IMG/VR virus record: IMGVR_UViG_3300037423_001031
Location: 1-40,884 of that record
Length of the DNA: 40,884 bases
Direction: 5' to 3' (one strand)
Source of the DNA: a virus
Taxonomy: Duplodnaviria > Caudoviricetes
Position numbers and translations under genes: made by a program. Below the pieces are notes generated by a model, which was not told the origin of the DNA, made no database searches, and saw only the letters and a list, made by a program, of their open reading frames with translations. Below, in pieces: positions 9,085 to 17,507 of this stretch (positions are counted from its first letter, which is position 1; each line of letters opens with the position of its first letter).

Positions 9085-10088
9085 AGCCCGTTTTCCGCCT
9101 GGTGGCGGATAGCCAGGACGTGACGGACCGCCTGGCCGCCAGGTTCATGGGCCTGCGGCTGACGGACGAAACCGGGGCGGACGCGGATTCCCTGGAAATC
9201 ACGCTGGCCGACCCGGCGGACAGCCCCATCCCCATCCCGCGCACTGGCGCGGAGCTGGAACTGTGGCTGGGGTATGACAACCAGGCGCAGCGCATGGGCC
9301 TGTTCGTGGTGGACGAGATCGAGCTGAACGGATGGCCGGGGGACATGGTTATCCGCGCGCGGGCGGCCCCGTATGAGGCGACGAACGGCGGCAAGAAATG
9401 GTTGCAAACGCAAAAGTCCCGGTCCTGGCCGAAGGGGACGAAGTTAAGCGCGATGGTAGAAAAGATTGCCAAGGACAACGGGTTGAAACCCGCCGTGTCC
9501 CCCGCGCTCCAGGCGGTGGGCCTGCCGCACCTGGACCAGACCGAGGAATCGGACCTTAGTTTCCTGATCCGGGTTTGCAAAAAATACGATGCGCTAGTGA
9601 AGCCAGGCGGCGGCGCGCTGGTGGTCCTGAAGCGCGGCGAAGGCAAGACCGCATCCGGCCAGGACATGACGCCCATTGCGGTGGCCGCCTCGGATTGCGG
9701 GTCCTTCCGGCTGACCCTGGCGCGGCGCGATAGCCCCGGCACCGTGGTTGCCCACTGGCACGCCACAAAGGCCGCCAGGCGCCAGGAAATCAAGGTGGGC
9801 AGCGGCGAGCCCGTGAAGGTCCTGCGGACCCCGTACACGTCCGCGGAGGACGCCACCGCCGCGGCATCCGCGGAGCTGGACCGCCGCCGGCGCGGGACCG
9901 GCCGCCTGGCGCTGACGATGCCGGGCAATCCCGAGGTGACAGCGGAACGCCTGCTGAACCTGGCCGGGTTCCGGGACGGCGTGAACGGGGAATGGATCGT
10001 TACGCGCGTAACGCATTCGCTGGACAAGAGCCGCGGGTATGCGTGCGAAGTGGAGGCAGAGAAACCGAATGGCGGCGGGGAGGATTGA
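9075..10088 (+). CDS. P2 gpD-like baseplate hub protein
   Basis: LRLTDETGADADSLEITLAD, LWLGY, MGLFVVDEIE, HLDQTEESDLSFLIR and WIVTRVTHSL motifs. Confidence 0.92.
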   Translation: MGLKPVFRLVADSQDVTDRLAARFMGLRLTDETGADADSLEITLADPADSPIPIPRTGAELELWLGYDNQAQRMGLFVVDEIELNGWPGDMVIRARAAPYEATNGGKKWLQTQKSRSWPKGTKLSAMVEKIAKDNGLKPAVSPALQAVGLPHLDQTEESDLSFLIRVCKKYDALVKPGGGALVVLKRGEGKTASGQDMTPIAVAASDCGSFRLTLARRDSPGTVVAHWHATKAARRQEIKVGSGEPVKVLRTPYTSAEDATAAASAELDRRRRGTGRLALTMPGNPEVTAERLLNLAGFRDGVNGEWIVTRVTHSLDKSRGYACEVEAEKPNGGGED

Positions 10089-10104
10089 AAGCCAGTCAGA
10101 CGAG

Positions 10105-10127
10105 AGGCCCACCACGGTGGGCCTTTT
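10105..10127 (+). terminator. Intrinsic terminator ending the tail operon
   Basis: AGGCCCACC-AC-GGTGGGCCT followed by TTT, just after the gpD stop. Confidence 0.7.
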
Positions 10128-10254
10128 CCATTGCCGGCGCCGCAGCCTGGCGGGCCAGGTGAAGGCCAGCGGCGCATTCGCGCCGAAGGCAGGAGGAAGG
10201 CTTGCGGCGCTCCGCGCCGGGGGCTGGAAAGATCCAGCGGCGCTAGGCGCCGGA

Positions 10255-10284
10255 GGAAAAGGAAAGGCCGCCCACGGGCGGCCT
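10255..10284 (-). terminator. Intrinsic terminator ending the leftward operon
   Basis: AGGCCGCCC-AC-GGGCGGCCT (10265-10284), followed on the - strand by TTCCTTTT. Confidence 0.6.
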
Positions 10285-10304
10285 GGTTCATTGCGCGCGC
10301 AACG

Positions 10305-10709
10305 TCAGACGGGGAACGTGGAGTGGACCGCCCATCCGAGCATCAGCGCGACGGCGGGGAGTCCAAAGGCCGCCGTGTGGCGCTCCCGTTTGCTGATTTC
10401 CAGGAATTCCGCCTGGACGATTTCCAGCGGGGCGTTCGTGACCAGGAACCGGACCACCAGCGCGAGGCCGGCGGCGTGGGCCAGGTTCAAGGCCGGCACG
10501 GACGGGAACGTGGGCTGAACGAACCAGGTCCAGAGGACCGAGAGCGCGAACGCGCGCCAGAGGAACGCCAGCGCGTCCAGGCCCGCGTGGGCCAGCGGGA
10601 CGGCCACGCGGGGCGCATGCTTGCGCACCAGGCCGGCCAGGACGTGGAGCACCAGGCGCACGCGGGCCGCCAGGCTGATGCGGACCATTTCTTTGGACGT
10701 GATTTCCAT
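10305..10709 (-). CDS. Hypothetical multi-pass membrane protein
   Basis: Three hydrophobic segments; ATG at 10709 preceded by GAGGGA (in-frame GTG at 10724 is an alternative). Confidence 0.65.
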   Translation of the reverse strand: MEITSKEMVRISLAARVRLVLHVLAGLVRKHAPRVAVPLAHAGLDALAFLWRAFALSVLWTWFVQPTFPSVPALNLAHAAGLALVVRFLVTNAPLEIVQAEFLEISKRERHTAAFGLPAVALMLGWAVHSTFPV

Positions 10710-10720
10710 GGCCTGGTCCC

Positions 10721-10903
10721 TCACTTCGCGCCGCGGGGGCGGATGCAGGCGCCGCGGGTCTTGAAATTGCCGGCGCCGTCCTTGCGCTTGATTTCGTAGA
10801 AATTCCCCTTTTGGGTGGGGTGAATGGCAACGATGGTGCCATCGTGATATTCGGAACCGCTGACCGCGCGGGCGGAAACGGGTTTGCGGATGTAGAGACT
10901 CAT
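10721..10903 (-). CDS. Small hypothetical protein (beta-rich, possibly SH3/Tudor-like)
   Basis: 60 aa in operon context with AGGA upstream; HDGTIVAIHPTQKGNFYEIKRKDG pattern. Confidence 0.65.
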   Translation of the reverse strand: MSLYIRKPVSARAVSGSEYHDGTIVAIHPTQKGNFYEIKRKDGAGNFKTRGACIRPRGAK

Positions 10904-10951
10904 GCGGATTTCCTGCTGGTGGTGGTTGAAACTGTTTCAGGCCGGTTCGTC

Positions 10952-11419
10952 CTAAAACGGAATGTCATCGTCCATGTCATTGAAGCCAGTGGACGGGCGC
11001 GAGGCCGGCGGCGGGGCGGAGCTGGTGCGCGGGGCCGGGGCCGGGGCGCGCGGGGCGGAACCACCAGCCTGGCGCGGGGCGCCGGATTCCTGGCCGCCGA
11101 TGAGTTGCAGGCTTTCCGCCACCACCGTGGCGGTGGGCATTTCAACCCCGTCCTTGTTCGTATATTTCCCGTATTCCATCCGCCCTTCAATATAGACGGG
11201 GCGCCCCTTTTTAAGGTATTCCGCGGAGATTTCCGCAAGGCGGTTCCAGAGGGTGACGCGGTGCCACTCCGTTTTTTCCTGCTTCGCGCCCGCGTCATTT
11301 TTCCAGGTCCGCGTGGTTGCCACGCTGATGGAGCACACCGGGGCGCCGTTCGGGGTATATCGCAATTCCGGGTCCGCCCCGAGATTGCCCATGATGATGA
11401 ATTTGTTTACCGATGCCAT
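10952..11419 (-). CDS. ssb: Single-stranded DNA-binding protein
   Basis: MASVNKFIIMGNLGADPELRYTPNG, TEWHRVTLW, YLKKGRPVYIEG and acidic tail DMDDDIPF. Confidence 0.97.
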   Translation of the reverse strand: MASVNKFIIMGNLGADPELRYTPNGAPVCSISVATTRTWKNDAGAKQEKTEWHRVTLWNRLAEISAEYLKKGRPVYIEGRMEYGKYTNKDGVEMPTATVVAESLQLIGGQESGAPRQAGGSAPRAPAPAPRTSSAPPPASRPSTGFNDMDDDIPF

Positions 11420-11425
11420 GGCGGT

Positions 11426-11632
11426 TTACTTTCGGCGCGCGGCCTGCGCGCTGCACTTGTCATTACAGAAAATGCGCTGATCCCCGGCCGGGAATTCCTC
11501 GCAACAGTTCAGGTTCAGGCAGTAGCCCCGAGGCGCGGGGCGCGCGTTCAGCGTGGCCTGGTTTTGCTGGTGGCGGACGCCGGCCTGGCGCTCCAGTTCA
11601 GCGCGGTCCTGCGCGCGGTCCGCGTCATCCAT
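11426..11632 (-). CDS. TraR/DksA-like zinc-finger protein
   Basis: N-terminal DDADRA (DxxDxA-like) and C-terminal CLNLNC...FCNDKC in 68 aa. Confidence 0.65.
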   Translation of the reverse strand: MDDADRAQDRAELERQAGVRHQQNQATLNARPAPRGYCLNLNCCEEFPAGDQRIFCNDKCSAQAARRK

Positions 11633-11891
11633 TTGCGGTTCCTTTCGGCTGGAGCTGGGCGCGCTCCCACTGCACCAGGTCCCCGATGGGGTAAAGCACC
11701 TGGCCGCCCAGTTTGATGAACGGCGGGCCGCTTTGACGCGTCCGCCAGTTTGCGAGGGTCCCAGCGGCCACGGCGGAATCCCAGCGGCGCACCAGGTCCG
11801 CCGGCTGGAGGTATTCCGGGGCGCCGGCCGCCGGCCCCACCGCGTCCTGGTGAAGGGCCGCCAGGCGTTGCGCCAGGCGTTGCGCTTTCAT
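11625..11891 (-). CDS. AlpA/excisionase-like winged HTH protein
   Basis: YLQPADLVRRW...GTLANWRTRQSGPPFIKLGGQVLYPIGDLVQWE. Confidence 0.85.
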   Translation of the reverse strand: MKAQRLAQRLAALHQDAVGPAAGAPEYLQPADLVRRWDSAVAAGTLANWRTRQSGPPFIKLGGQVLYPIGDLVQWERAQLQPKGTANG

Positions 11892-12856
11892 TCCTTGGCC
11901 GCCCCCACTTCCGCGTTCAGGTCCGCCAATTCCTGGCCGCCGGGTTGCGCCTCGGCGCGGAGCCGGTCAAATTCTTGGGCGGCGGCCTTCAGGTCCGCCG
12001 GGCACCCCTTGGGATTGATTGCGGCGCGGACGTTTGCGGGGAGCGCGAGCCAGGCCGATTGCAACGCTTCCAGACCTTGTTCCGCCACCATCTGGAGGGA
12101 TTCACGCGCGCGCTGAATTTCCGGGTCCAACTGCTTCGCGCCGTCCACCCACGCGCGCAGCCTGGCGCCATGCTCCGCGGTCAAATAGCCTTCCGCCCAT
12201 TCCCCGGTCTTGCCGAAAATTGGTTCCAGTTCGGCCGGGCACTTCAGGATTTCGCGCTGGGTTCCGCCGGCCCACAACATGGCGGACACGGTGAGTTCAA
12301 AGACAAAATTCTTTTCCTGGATCGGCTGCACCCCGATGGATTCGACCTTGCGCCCGCCTTCCGTGACGCGGACCTTTTCGCGCGCGCGCAGGCACGCAAT
12401 GATGTGCATGGGGGATTGAAGCATGGCATTCATGAACCGCTTGTGTTCACGCTTTGCCGTGTTCCAGTTCGGTTTTGCGGGGTTCACCATGGCGATTTCC
12501 TCGCACCCGCCAAGCCCTTCCCATTCGTGCGAAACGCTGTCGATCACCAGCACGTCCACGCCAGCGGCGGCAAATTCCGCGATGGCGTCAATGTACCGAT
12601 TCGGGGAAAACGGGGCCACCAGGTCCCCGACCTTGAAACGGTGAACCTTGCCGGACGAATCCCGCAATGCGTTTGCGTAGAGCCGGCCGCGGCGGTTTTC
12701 AGTGCAGAGCAGGCCCACGCGGCTTGCATCGTAGTTTGCGAGGCCCCATGCCACTTGCAGCGCGGTGAAGGTTTTCCCGCCGCCGCTTTGCCCGCCCAGT
12801 CCGAGGACCAGGCGCGCGCCTTCACGTTCGGCAAGTTCAATATTCAGGATGCCCAT
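11888..12856 (-). CDS. AAA ATPase, Sak4/AAA_24-like recombination protein
   Basis: Start reassigned to ATG 12856 (MGILNIELAEREGARLVLGL). Walker A GQSGGGKT, Walker B VLVIDSVSHEW, HIIACLRAREK; lies between the nuclease and ssb. Confidence 0.85.
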   Translation of the reverse strand: MGILNIELAEREGARLVLGLGGQSGGGKTFTALQVAWGLANYDASRVGLLCTENRRGRLYANALRDSSGKVHRFKVGDLVAPFSPNRYIDAIAEFAAAGVDVLVIDSVSHEWEGLGGCEEIAMVNPAKPNWNTAKREHKRFMNAMLQSPMHIIACLRAREKVRVTEGGRKVESIGVQPIQEKNFVFELTVSAMLWAGGTQREILKCPAELEPIFGKTGEWAEGYLTAEHGARLRAWVDGAKQLDPEIQRARESLQMVAEQGLEALQSAWLALPANVRAAINPKGCPADLKAAAQEFDRLRAEAQPGGQELADLNAEVGAAKE

Positions 12857-12885
12857 GCTTTTCTGTTGCTGGTGATGAAACTGTT

Positions 12886-14067
12886 TCAGGCCGCGCCCAC
12901 GGCGGCGGTTTTCTGTGCGATGTACCAGGCCGCCAGGCCGATGGGTTGCACCTGGTTGGAGTAGCCAGGCCACACCCCGGACGCGTTGCATTCGTGGAGC
13001 CGGTCCAGGTCCGCCCGGTATTCCATCCGGCCGATTTCCTTGGATTCCGCGTCCAGGACATACACGCCCACGCCTTTGGCCTGTCCGTCCACCACGCAAG
13101 CGTTTTTCTCCACCGCGATGAAAATGAATTGCCGCGGTTCGGGAATGTCCAGCCCCGCCTGGCGGATAGCTTCGCGCGTTCCGTCCATGTAGAACGCGTC
13201 CTGGACGTGATAGCGCCATTTCTGGATGCTGTGAGCGAACCCCGCTTGTGACGCGTCCTCGGTGGTTTTCAGGTCCACCAGGAACCCGCGCGGCTTGATC
13301 CAATAATCCGGCCGGCAACGGCACAGTTCCCCGGTTTTCGGGTCCGTCCAGTAAACGGACTGTTCCGCCACCCCGCCGGGCATCGAGAACAGCGCGGCGG
13401 CCTTGGGGTGGGCCATCAACGCGTCCCGCATGCGGTGGAGCTGGTCCCATTCTTCCGGCGTGAGAACGATGCGCCCGGCGTTGTTCCGTTCCCACTCCGC
13501 TTTCACGTCCGTCCAGAGCGTGACGTGTTCCCCCGCCTGGCGCAGGAGTTCCGCCAGTTCCGCCATCGTTCCGGTTGTGGGGAGCAGGCCCGGCCGGTTC
13601 TGGTTGACGCGTTCCAGAGCGGTTTTCAGTTCCGCCGCGGATTGGAGGGACCAGGTTTCCGCAGGCAGTTGCAGTTCAGGCGGAACGCCAGAATCCATTT
13701 GCGCGGCCACCAGGCGGGAAACCATTTCCGCCTTCGTTCCGCTGGTGGACAGTTTCGGTTTGCGGGTGGCGTTCAACGCCTGGACGCGGGCCACCAGCGT
13801 GTCCCGGTCCGCCACCGCGCCCGGCGCATCCTGCGGGCGCAGGGCCAGGCAGTATTCCCGCACGAATTCTGCCGGTTCCAGGACCAGAGAATGGAACGCG
13901 GTTCCGATGCGCTGCGCGGGCGTGGGGCCGCCGGAATCGTTCGCGGCATCACGCGCGTGGCGCAAATGCACCGGCGAGCGGTTCACCAGGTCCAGGCCGC
14001 TTTTCGACGTGCCGGCGCCCGCGTGGTATTCGGCATTGCTGAGATTGCTGTAAACGCCAGGATTCAT
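12886..14067 (-). CDS. RecE/exonuclease VIII-like PD-(D/E)XK nuclease
   Basis: MNPGVYSNLSNAEYHA, SKSGLDL, GTAFHSLVLEP, EQSVYWTD, CRCRPD, VDLKTT and YHVQDAFY motifs; ATG 14067. Confidence 0.9.
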   Translation of the reverse strand: MNPGVYSNLSNAEYHAGAGTSKSGLDLVNRSPVHLRHARDAANDSGGPTPAQRIGTAFHSLVLEPAEFVREYCLALRPQDAPGAVADRDTLVARVQALNATRKPKLSTSGTKAEMVSRLVAAQMDSGVPPELQLPAETWSLQSAAELKTALERVNQNRPGLLPTTGTMAELAELLRQAGEHVTLWTDVKAEWERNNAGRIVLTPEEWDQLHRMRDALMAHPKAAALFSMPGGVAEQSVYWTDPKTGELCRCRPDYWIKPRGFLVDLKTTEDASQAGFAHSIQKWRYHVQDAFYMDGTREAIRQAGLDIPEPRQFIFIAVEKNACVVDGQAKGVGVYVLDAESKEIGRMEYRADLDRLHECNASGVWPGYSNQVQPIGLAAWYIAQKTAAVGAA

Positions 14068-14090
14068 TTCTTTCCCCGTCAATCGTGGTT

Positions 14091-14125
14091 CGTGATTCCG
14101 CGTGATTCCGCGTGATTCCGCGTGA
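14091..14125. repeat. Tandem 10-bp repeat (CGTGATTCCG x3 + CGTGA) in the divergent control region
   Basis: Read directly; lies 24-58 nt upstream of the nuclease start codon. Confidence 0.9.
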
Positions 14126-14292
14126 ACATCTTGAAACATTAGTGACGGATGTTATGCGGGGAGGAGCCGCGCGGGAACTGTGAACTGGCGTGACACACTT
14201 CAAACCATTTAGGAATGTGCGCGGGTTCACACCTATTTCCGCCGGGCGCTGGAAATATCCGGGGCGTCATATTGGAGCGCCAGGGATAAAGA

Positions 14293-15714
14293 GTGATTTC
14301 GCTACGGGACTATCAAGGGGACGTGATAGAGCGCGCCCGCCAGGCATTGCGGCGGCGGCGGCGCATTCTGTTGCAGGCCCCCACCGGCGCGGGGAAAACG
14401 GCCATTGCCACGTTCATGGCCTCGGAGGCGGCGGCGCGGGGGCGCGTGGTTTATTTCATTTGCCACCGCGCGGAGCTGGTGGAGGGAACCAGCGCGACGT
14501 TTCGCAAATACGGACTGGATCACGGCATCATTGCCGCGGGCCGGCCGCTGGACCCCACGAAACGCGTCCAGGTTTGCAGCATCGACACCCTGAAAAACCG
14601 CGTGGCGTTCATCCCGCGCCCCGACTTGGCAATTTGGGACGAATGCCACCATATCGGCGCCGCCGGCTGGGCCGCGGTGATGCAGGCGTGGTCCGGGTCC
14701 ATCCATATCGGCCTATCAGCCACCCCGCAGCGTTTGGACGGTAAAGGGCTGGACGCCTACTTTGATGAAATCGTTTTAGGCCCGTCCGTGGCCTGGCTTA
14801 TCGAAAACGGGCACCTGAGCCCGTATAAAGCATTTGCACCCAGCGCACCCGATATGTCCGGGGTCCGCCGCCAGGCTGGCGACTGGGCGCGCGGCCAGGC
14901 CGCGGAGCGGATGAACAAACCCAAGCTGACAGGGGACGCAATTACCCATTGGCTGCGCCACGCAAATGGATTGCGGACGGTGGGGTTTGGTGTGACGGTG
15001 GAGCACTCGCAACACCTGGCCGCGCAGTTTGTGGCCGCGGGTATTCCCGCCGCGCACCTGGACGGCGGGACGCGCAAGGACCTGCGCCGCAAAATCATTC
15101 AGGATTACGCGGCGGGCCTGCTGTCCGTGATTTTCAATGTGGACCTGTTCGGGGAAGGTTTCGACCTGTCCGCCATTGCGCAACGGGACGTGACAGTGGA
15201 TTGCGTGATGCAGCTAAGGCCCACGCAATCCCTTGCACTCCATTTGCAACAGGTGGGCCGCGCGCTGCGCCCGGCGCCGGGTAAAACCGCAATCATTTTG
15301 GATCACGCCGGAAACTTCAAATTGCACGGATTCCCTGACGACGAACGGGAATGGTCCCTGGAGGGGCGCGAGGCCACCAGCGGCGGGGCGAGTGAGCGGG
15401 AAGGCCCGCCACCGCCCTACGAATGCGCCTGTTTCATGCAAATCCGCCGGCCCCTGCCGCTCCGCTGCCCGCACTGTGACCGCGAGCTGAAACCCGAGGC
15501 CCGCGCCATCGAGGTGGAGGACGGGGACCTGGTGGAATTGACGGACGAGGACCGCCGCCGGATGCGCTACGAACGACAGCGCGAGGAACGAGACGCCAAG
15601 AACTTGGCGGAGCTGGTGGCAATCGGACAGCGGCGGGGTTATCCCAGCCCCCAGGCGTGGGCCTTCAAACGCTGGGCGGCCAGGCCGAAGGAGAAAACCC
15701 CCGCATTCGTGTAG
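14293..15714 (+). CDS. Superfamily 2 DEAD/DEAH-box helicase with C-terminal Zn-binding motif
   Basis: LRDYQ, APTGAGKT, DECHH, GLSATP, QQVGRALR, ILDHAGN, then ECACF...RCPHC. Confidence 0.93.
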   Translation: MISLRDYQGDVIERARQALRRRRRILLQAPTGAGKTAIATFMASEAAARGRVVYFICHRAELVEGTSATFRKYGLDHGIIAAGRPLDPTKRVQVCSIDTLKNRVAFIPRPDLAIWDECHHIGAAGWAAVMQAWSGSIHIGLSATPQRLDGKGLDAYFDEIVLGPSVAWLIENGHLSPYKAFAPSAPDMSGVRRQAGDWARGQAAERMNKPKLTGDAITHWLRHANGLRTVGFGVTVEHSQHLAAQFVAAGIPAAHLDGGTRKDLRRKIIQDYAAGLLSVIFNVDLFGEGFDLSAIAQRDVTVDCVMQLRPTQSLALHLQQVGRALRPAPGKTAIILDHAGNFKLHGFPDDEREWSLEGREATSGGASEREGPPPPYECACFMQIRRPLPLRCPHCDRELKPEARAIEVEDGDLVELTDEDRRRMRYERQREERDAKNLAELVAIGQRRGYPSPQAWAFKRWAARPKEKTPAFV

Positions 15715-15816
15715 GATTCACGGACGTAAACAGTTACGATACGTCATAATTCCCATCTGTAAACACATGCCGCATGCCACGCGCGCGCGGCCATTCAACC
15801 GCAACGAGGGCGAAAA

Positions 15817-16791
15817 ATGACGCAACACACCTTCAAAAGCCTGTTGAACGAAGGCATTTTCAAACGCGCGCATGCGGTTCAGGTGAATTTTGAAACCCTG
15901 AAAATTGAACCTGGTTTCAACCTGCGCGACGAGGACGAATCCCTGGCGGCCCACCGCGAGGCGATGCTGAACCACCTGCGCCAGGGGGGCACGTTCCCGC
16001 CTATCGAGGTCCGCGTGGGTTCGGACGGCGGCGTTTATATCGTGGACGGGCATAACCGCCACTGGGTCTATTCCGCTGCCCTGGCTGAAGGCTTGCCCCT
16101 GCGCGACCCCAAGACCGGGGAATTTTGGGTGGAGGTTCAGCAGTTCCGCGGAAATGACGTGGACCGCACGAAGCGGATTATTGACAGTCAAGAGGGCAAG
16201 AAACTTGGACCGCTGGAGCTGGCCCGCGGGTATAAGCGGCTACAGGGTTTTGGCCTTTCGTCCGAGGAAATCGCCAAGATGTTTTCAAAGACCCGCCAGC
16301 ATGTGGACGGGTTGTTGATCCTGGCGAATGCGAATCATGACGTTCACGCGCTGGTGAAGTCCGGCGCCGTGGCCGCCGCCGTGGCGGTGGACGTGGTGCG
16401 CAAGTATGGAGAGAACGCGGGCGCGTTCCTGCGCGGCGAGCTGGACAAGGCGGCCGGCCAGGGCAAAAAGAAAATCACCCGCGGGACCATGAACGGCAAG
16501 CCGTTGCCGCCCAAGGTGGTGGGTAGCCTGGTGGAAGAACTGGACGTGTTCATGGGGCAACTGCCGAAGGCCACGCGCGTGGCACTGGCGGACCTGGAAA
16601 AGCGCCTGGCCGCTGGCGGCAAGGTGGACGAGGGCACGCAAGTGCATATCCCCGCCGCTGCGCTGCTGGGCCTGCTGACCGAGCACGGCAAGTTGAACGA
16701 GGCCCGCGCCAAGGCGGAGGAACGCGCCCGCGCACGCCAGGCGAAGGCCGCCCAAGGCGAGATCACCGACCAGGACCAGGACGGCGAATGA
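15817..16791 (+). CDS. ParB/Srx-like N-terminal domain protein with HTH
   Basis: IEPGFNLR, FPPIEVR, YIVDGHNR, SQEGKKLGPLELARGYKRL...EEIAKMFSKTRQHV. Confidence 0.8.
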   Translation: MTQHTFKSLLNEGIFKRAHAVQVNFETLKIEPGFNLRDEDESLAAHREAMLNHLRQGGTFPPIEVRVGSDGGVYIVDGHNRHWVYSAALAEGLPLRDPKTGEFWVEVQQFRGNDVDRTKRIIDSQEGKKLGPLELARGYKRLQGFGLSSEEIAKMFSKTRQHVDGLLILANANHDVHALVKSGAVAAAVAVDVVRKYGENAGAFLRGELDKAAGQGKKKITRGTMNGKPLPPKVVGSLVEELDVFMGQLPKATRVALADLEKRLAAGGKVDEGTQVHIPAAALLGLLTEHGKLNEARAKAEERARARQAKAAQGEITDQDQDGE

Positions 16792-17036
16792 TGGCGACGA
16801 GCACCGAGCGGCGCGCGGTGCATCGTGGGCCACATCAGGCGTTCGCGCCTGCGGTGGTCCGCGCCGGGCGCAAATGCGTCCGCGTCATTTCCAGCCCCAC
16901 CGGGGTGGTCCGCCACCTGGCGCTGATGCGCCCGCGTCCCGAGGCCCCGCAGCGCGCAAACAGTTTGCGCGTGGACCTGTGGCGCCGTCCCCGCGCCCCC
17001 GCGCTGCATTCGTCCTGGATCGCGCCCCCGCGCTGA
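16788..17036 (+). CDS. Hypothetical basic protein
   Basis: ATGA overlap with the parB-like stop; fills the gap exactly up to motif copy 2. Confidence 0.5.
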   Translation: MMATSTERRAVHRGPHQAFAPAVVRAGRKCVRVISSPTGVVRHLALMRPRPEAPQRANSLRVDLWRRPRAPALHSSWIAPPR

Positions 17037-17078
17037 GAAATCCCACAAGAGGCCGCGCGGCGGCCTGCTGGGCACGCT
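17037..17078 (+). promoter_or_regulatory. Conserved motif copy 2 plus -10-like hexamer
   Basis: GAAATCCCACAAGAGGCC at 17037-17054, CACGCT at 17073-17078, ATG at 17085. Confidence 0.7.
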
Positions 17079-17084
17079 TGCGGG

Positions 17085-17507
17085 ATGAGCACCGAGCACG
17101 GCACACAAAACCGCATCCGCAATGCCCTGGCCGGCCTTTTGCCCCTGTTCCGCGCGAACGTGGGCCGCGGCTGGACGGGTTCCAAGGTATTCCGTCCTAG
17201 CGGCCCCATGGCCGTGTCCGTGAACCGCGGCGACGTGGTGATTTACGGGGCGCGGCCCTTTGACACCGGGTTGCCGGTGGGTTTCTCGGACACGTTCGGC
17301 GTTCTGCCGGTGGTGATTACCCAGGACATGGTGGGCAAAACCATTGGCCGCGCCGTGTTCGGGGAGGTCAAGGACGTGGGCGGGAAGTTGAGCCCGAAAC
17401 AAACTGAATTCCTGTCTGCAATGAAACGCATGGGCGCCGCCGCCGAAGTGTGGCGGTCCCCGGACGATGCGCTGGCAACCATCGCACGCGCGAAAGAAAT
17501 GAAATGA
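17085..17507 (+). CDS. VRR-NUC domain nuclease (possible Holliday-junction resolvase)
   Basis: EHGTQNRIR, LFRANVG, GLPVGFSDTFG, EVKDVGGKLSPKQTEFL and VWRSPDDA motifs. Confidence 0.88.
   Translation: MSTEHGTQNRIRNALAGLLPLFRANVGRGWTGSKVFRPSGPMAVSVNRGDVVIYGARPFDTGLPVGFSDTFGVLPVVITQDMVGKTIGRAVFGEVKDVGGKLSPKQTEFLSAMKRMGAAAEVWRSPDDALATIARAKEMK

Noticed and set aside
6600-10291. Long antisense ORFs 6600-8582 and 8330-10291
   Set aside because: They shadow well-supported tail genes in GC-rich DNA with few stop codons, show no motifs, and 8330-10291 crosses terminators.
12857-13495. Upstream extension of the AAA ATPase in the ORF track (535 aa)
   Set aside because: It overlaps the nuclease in another frame and is Arg/Gly/Pro-rich noise; family-like sequence begins at ATG 12856.
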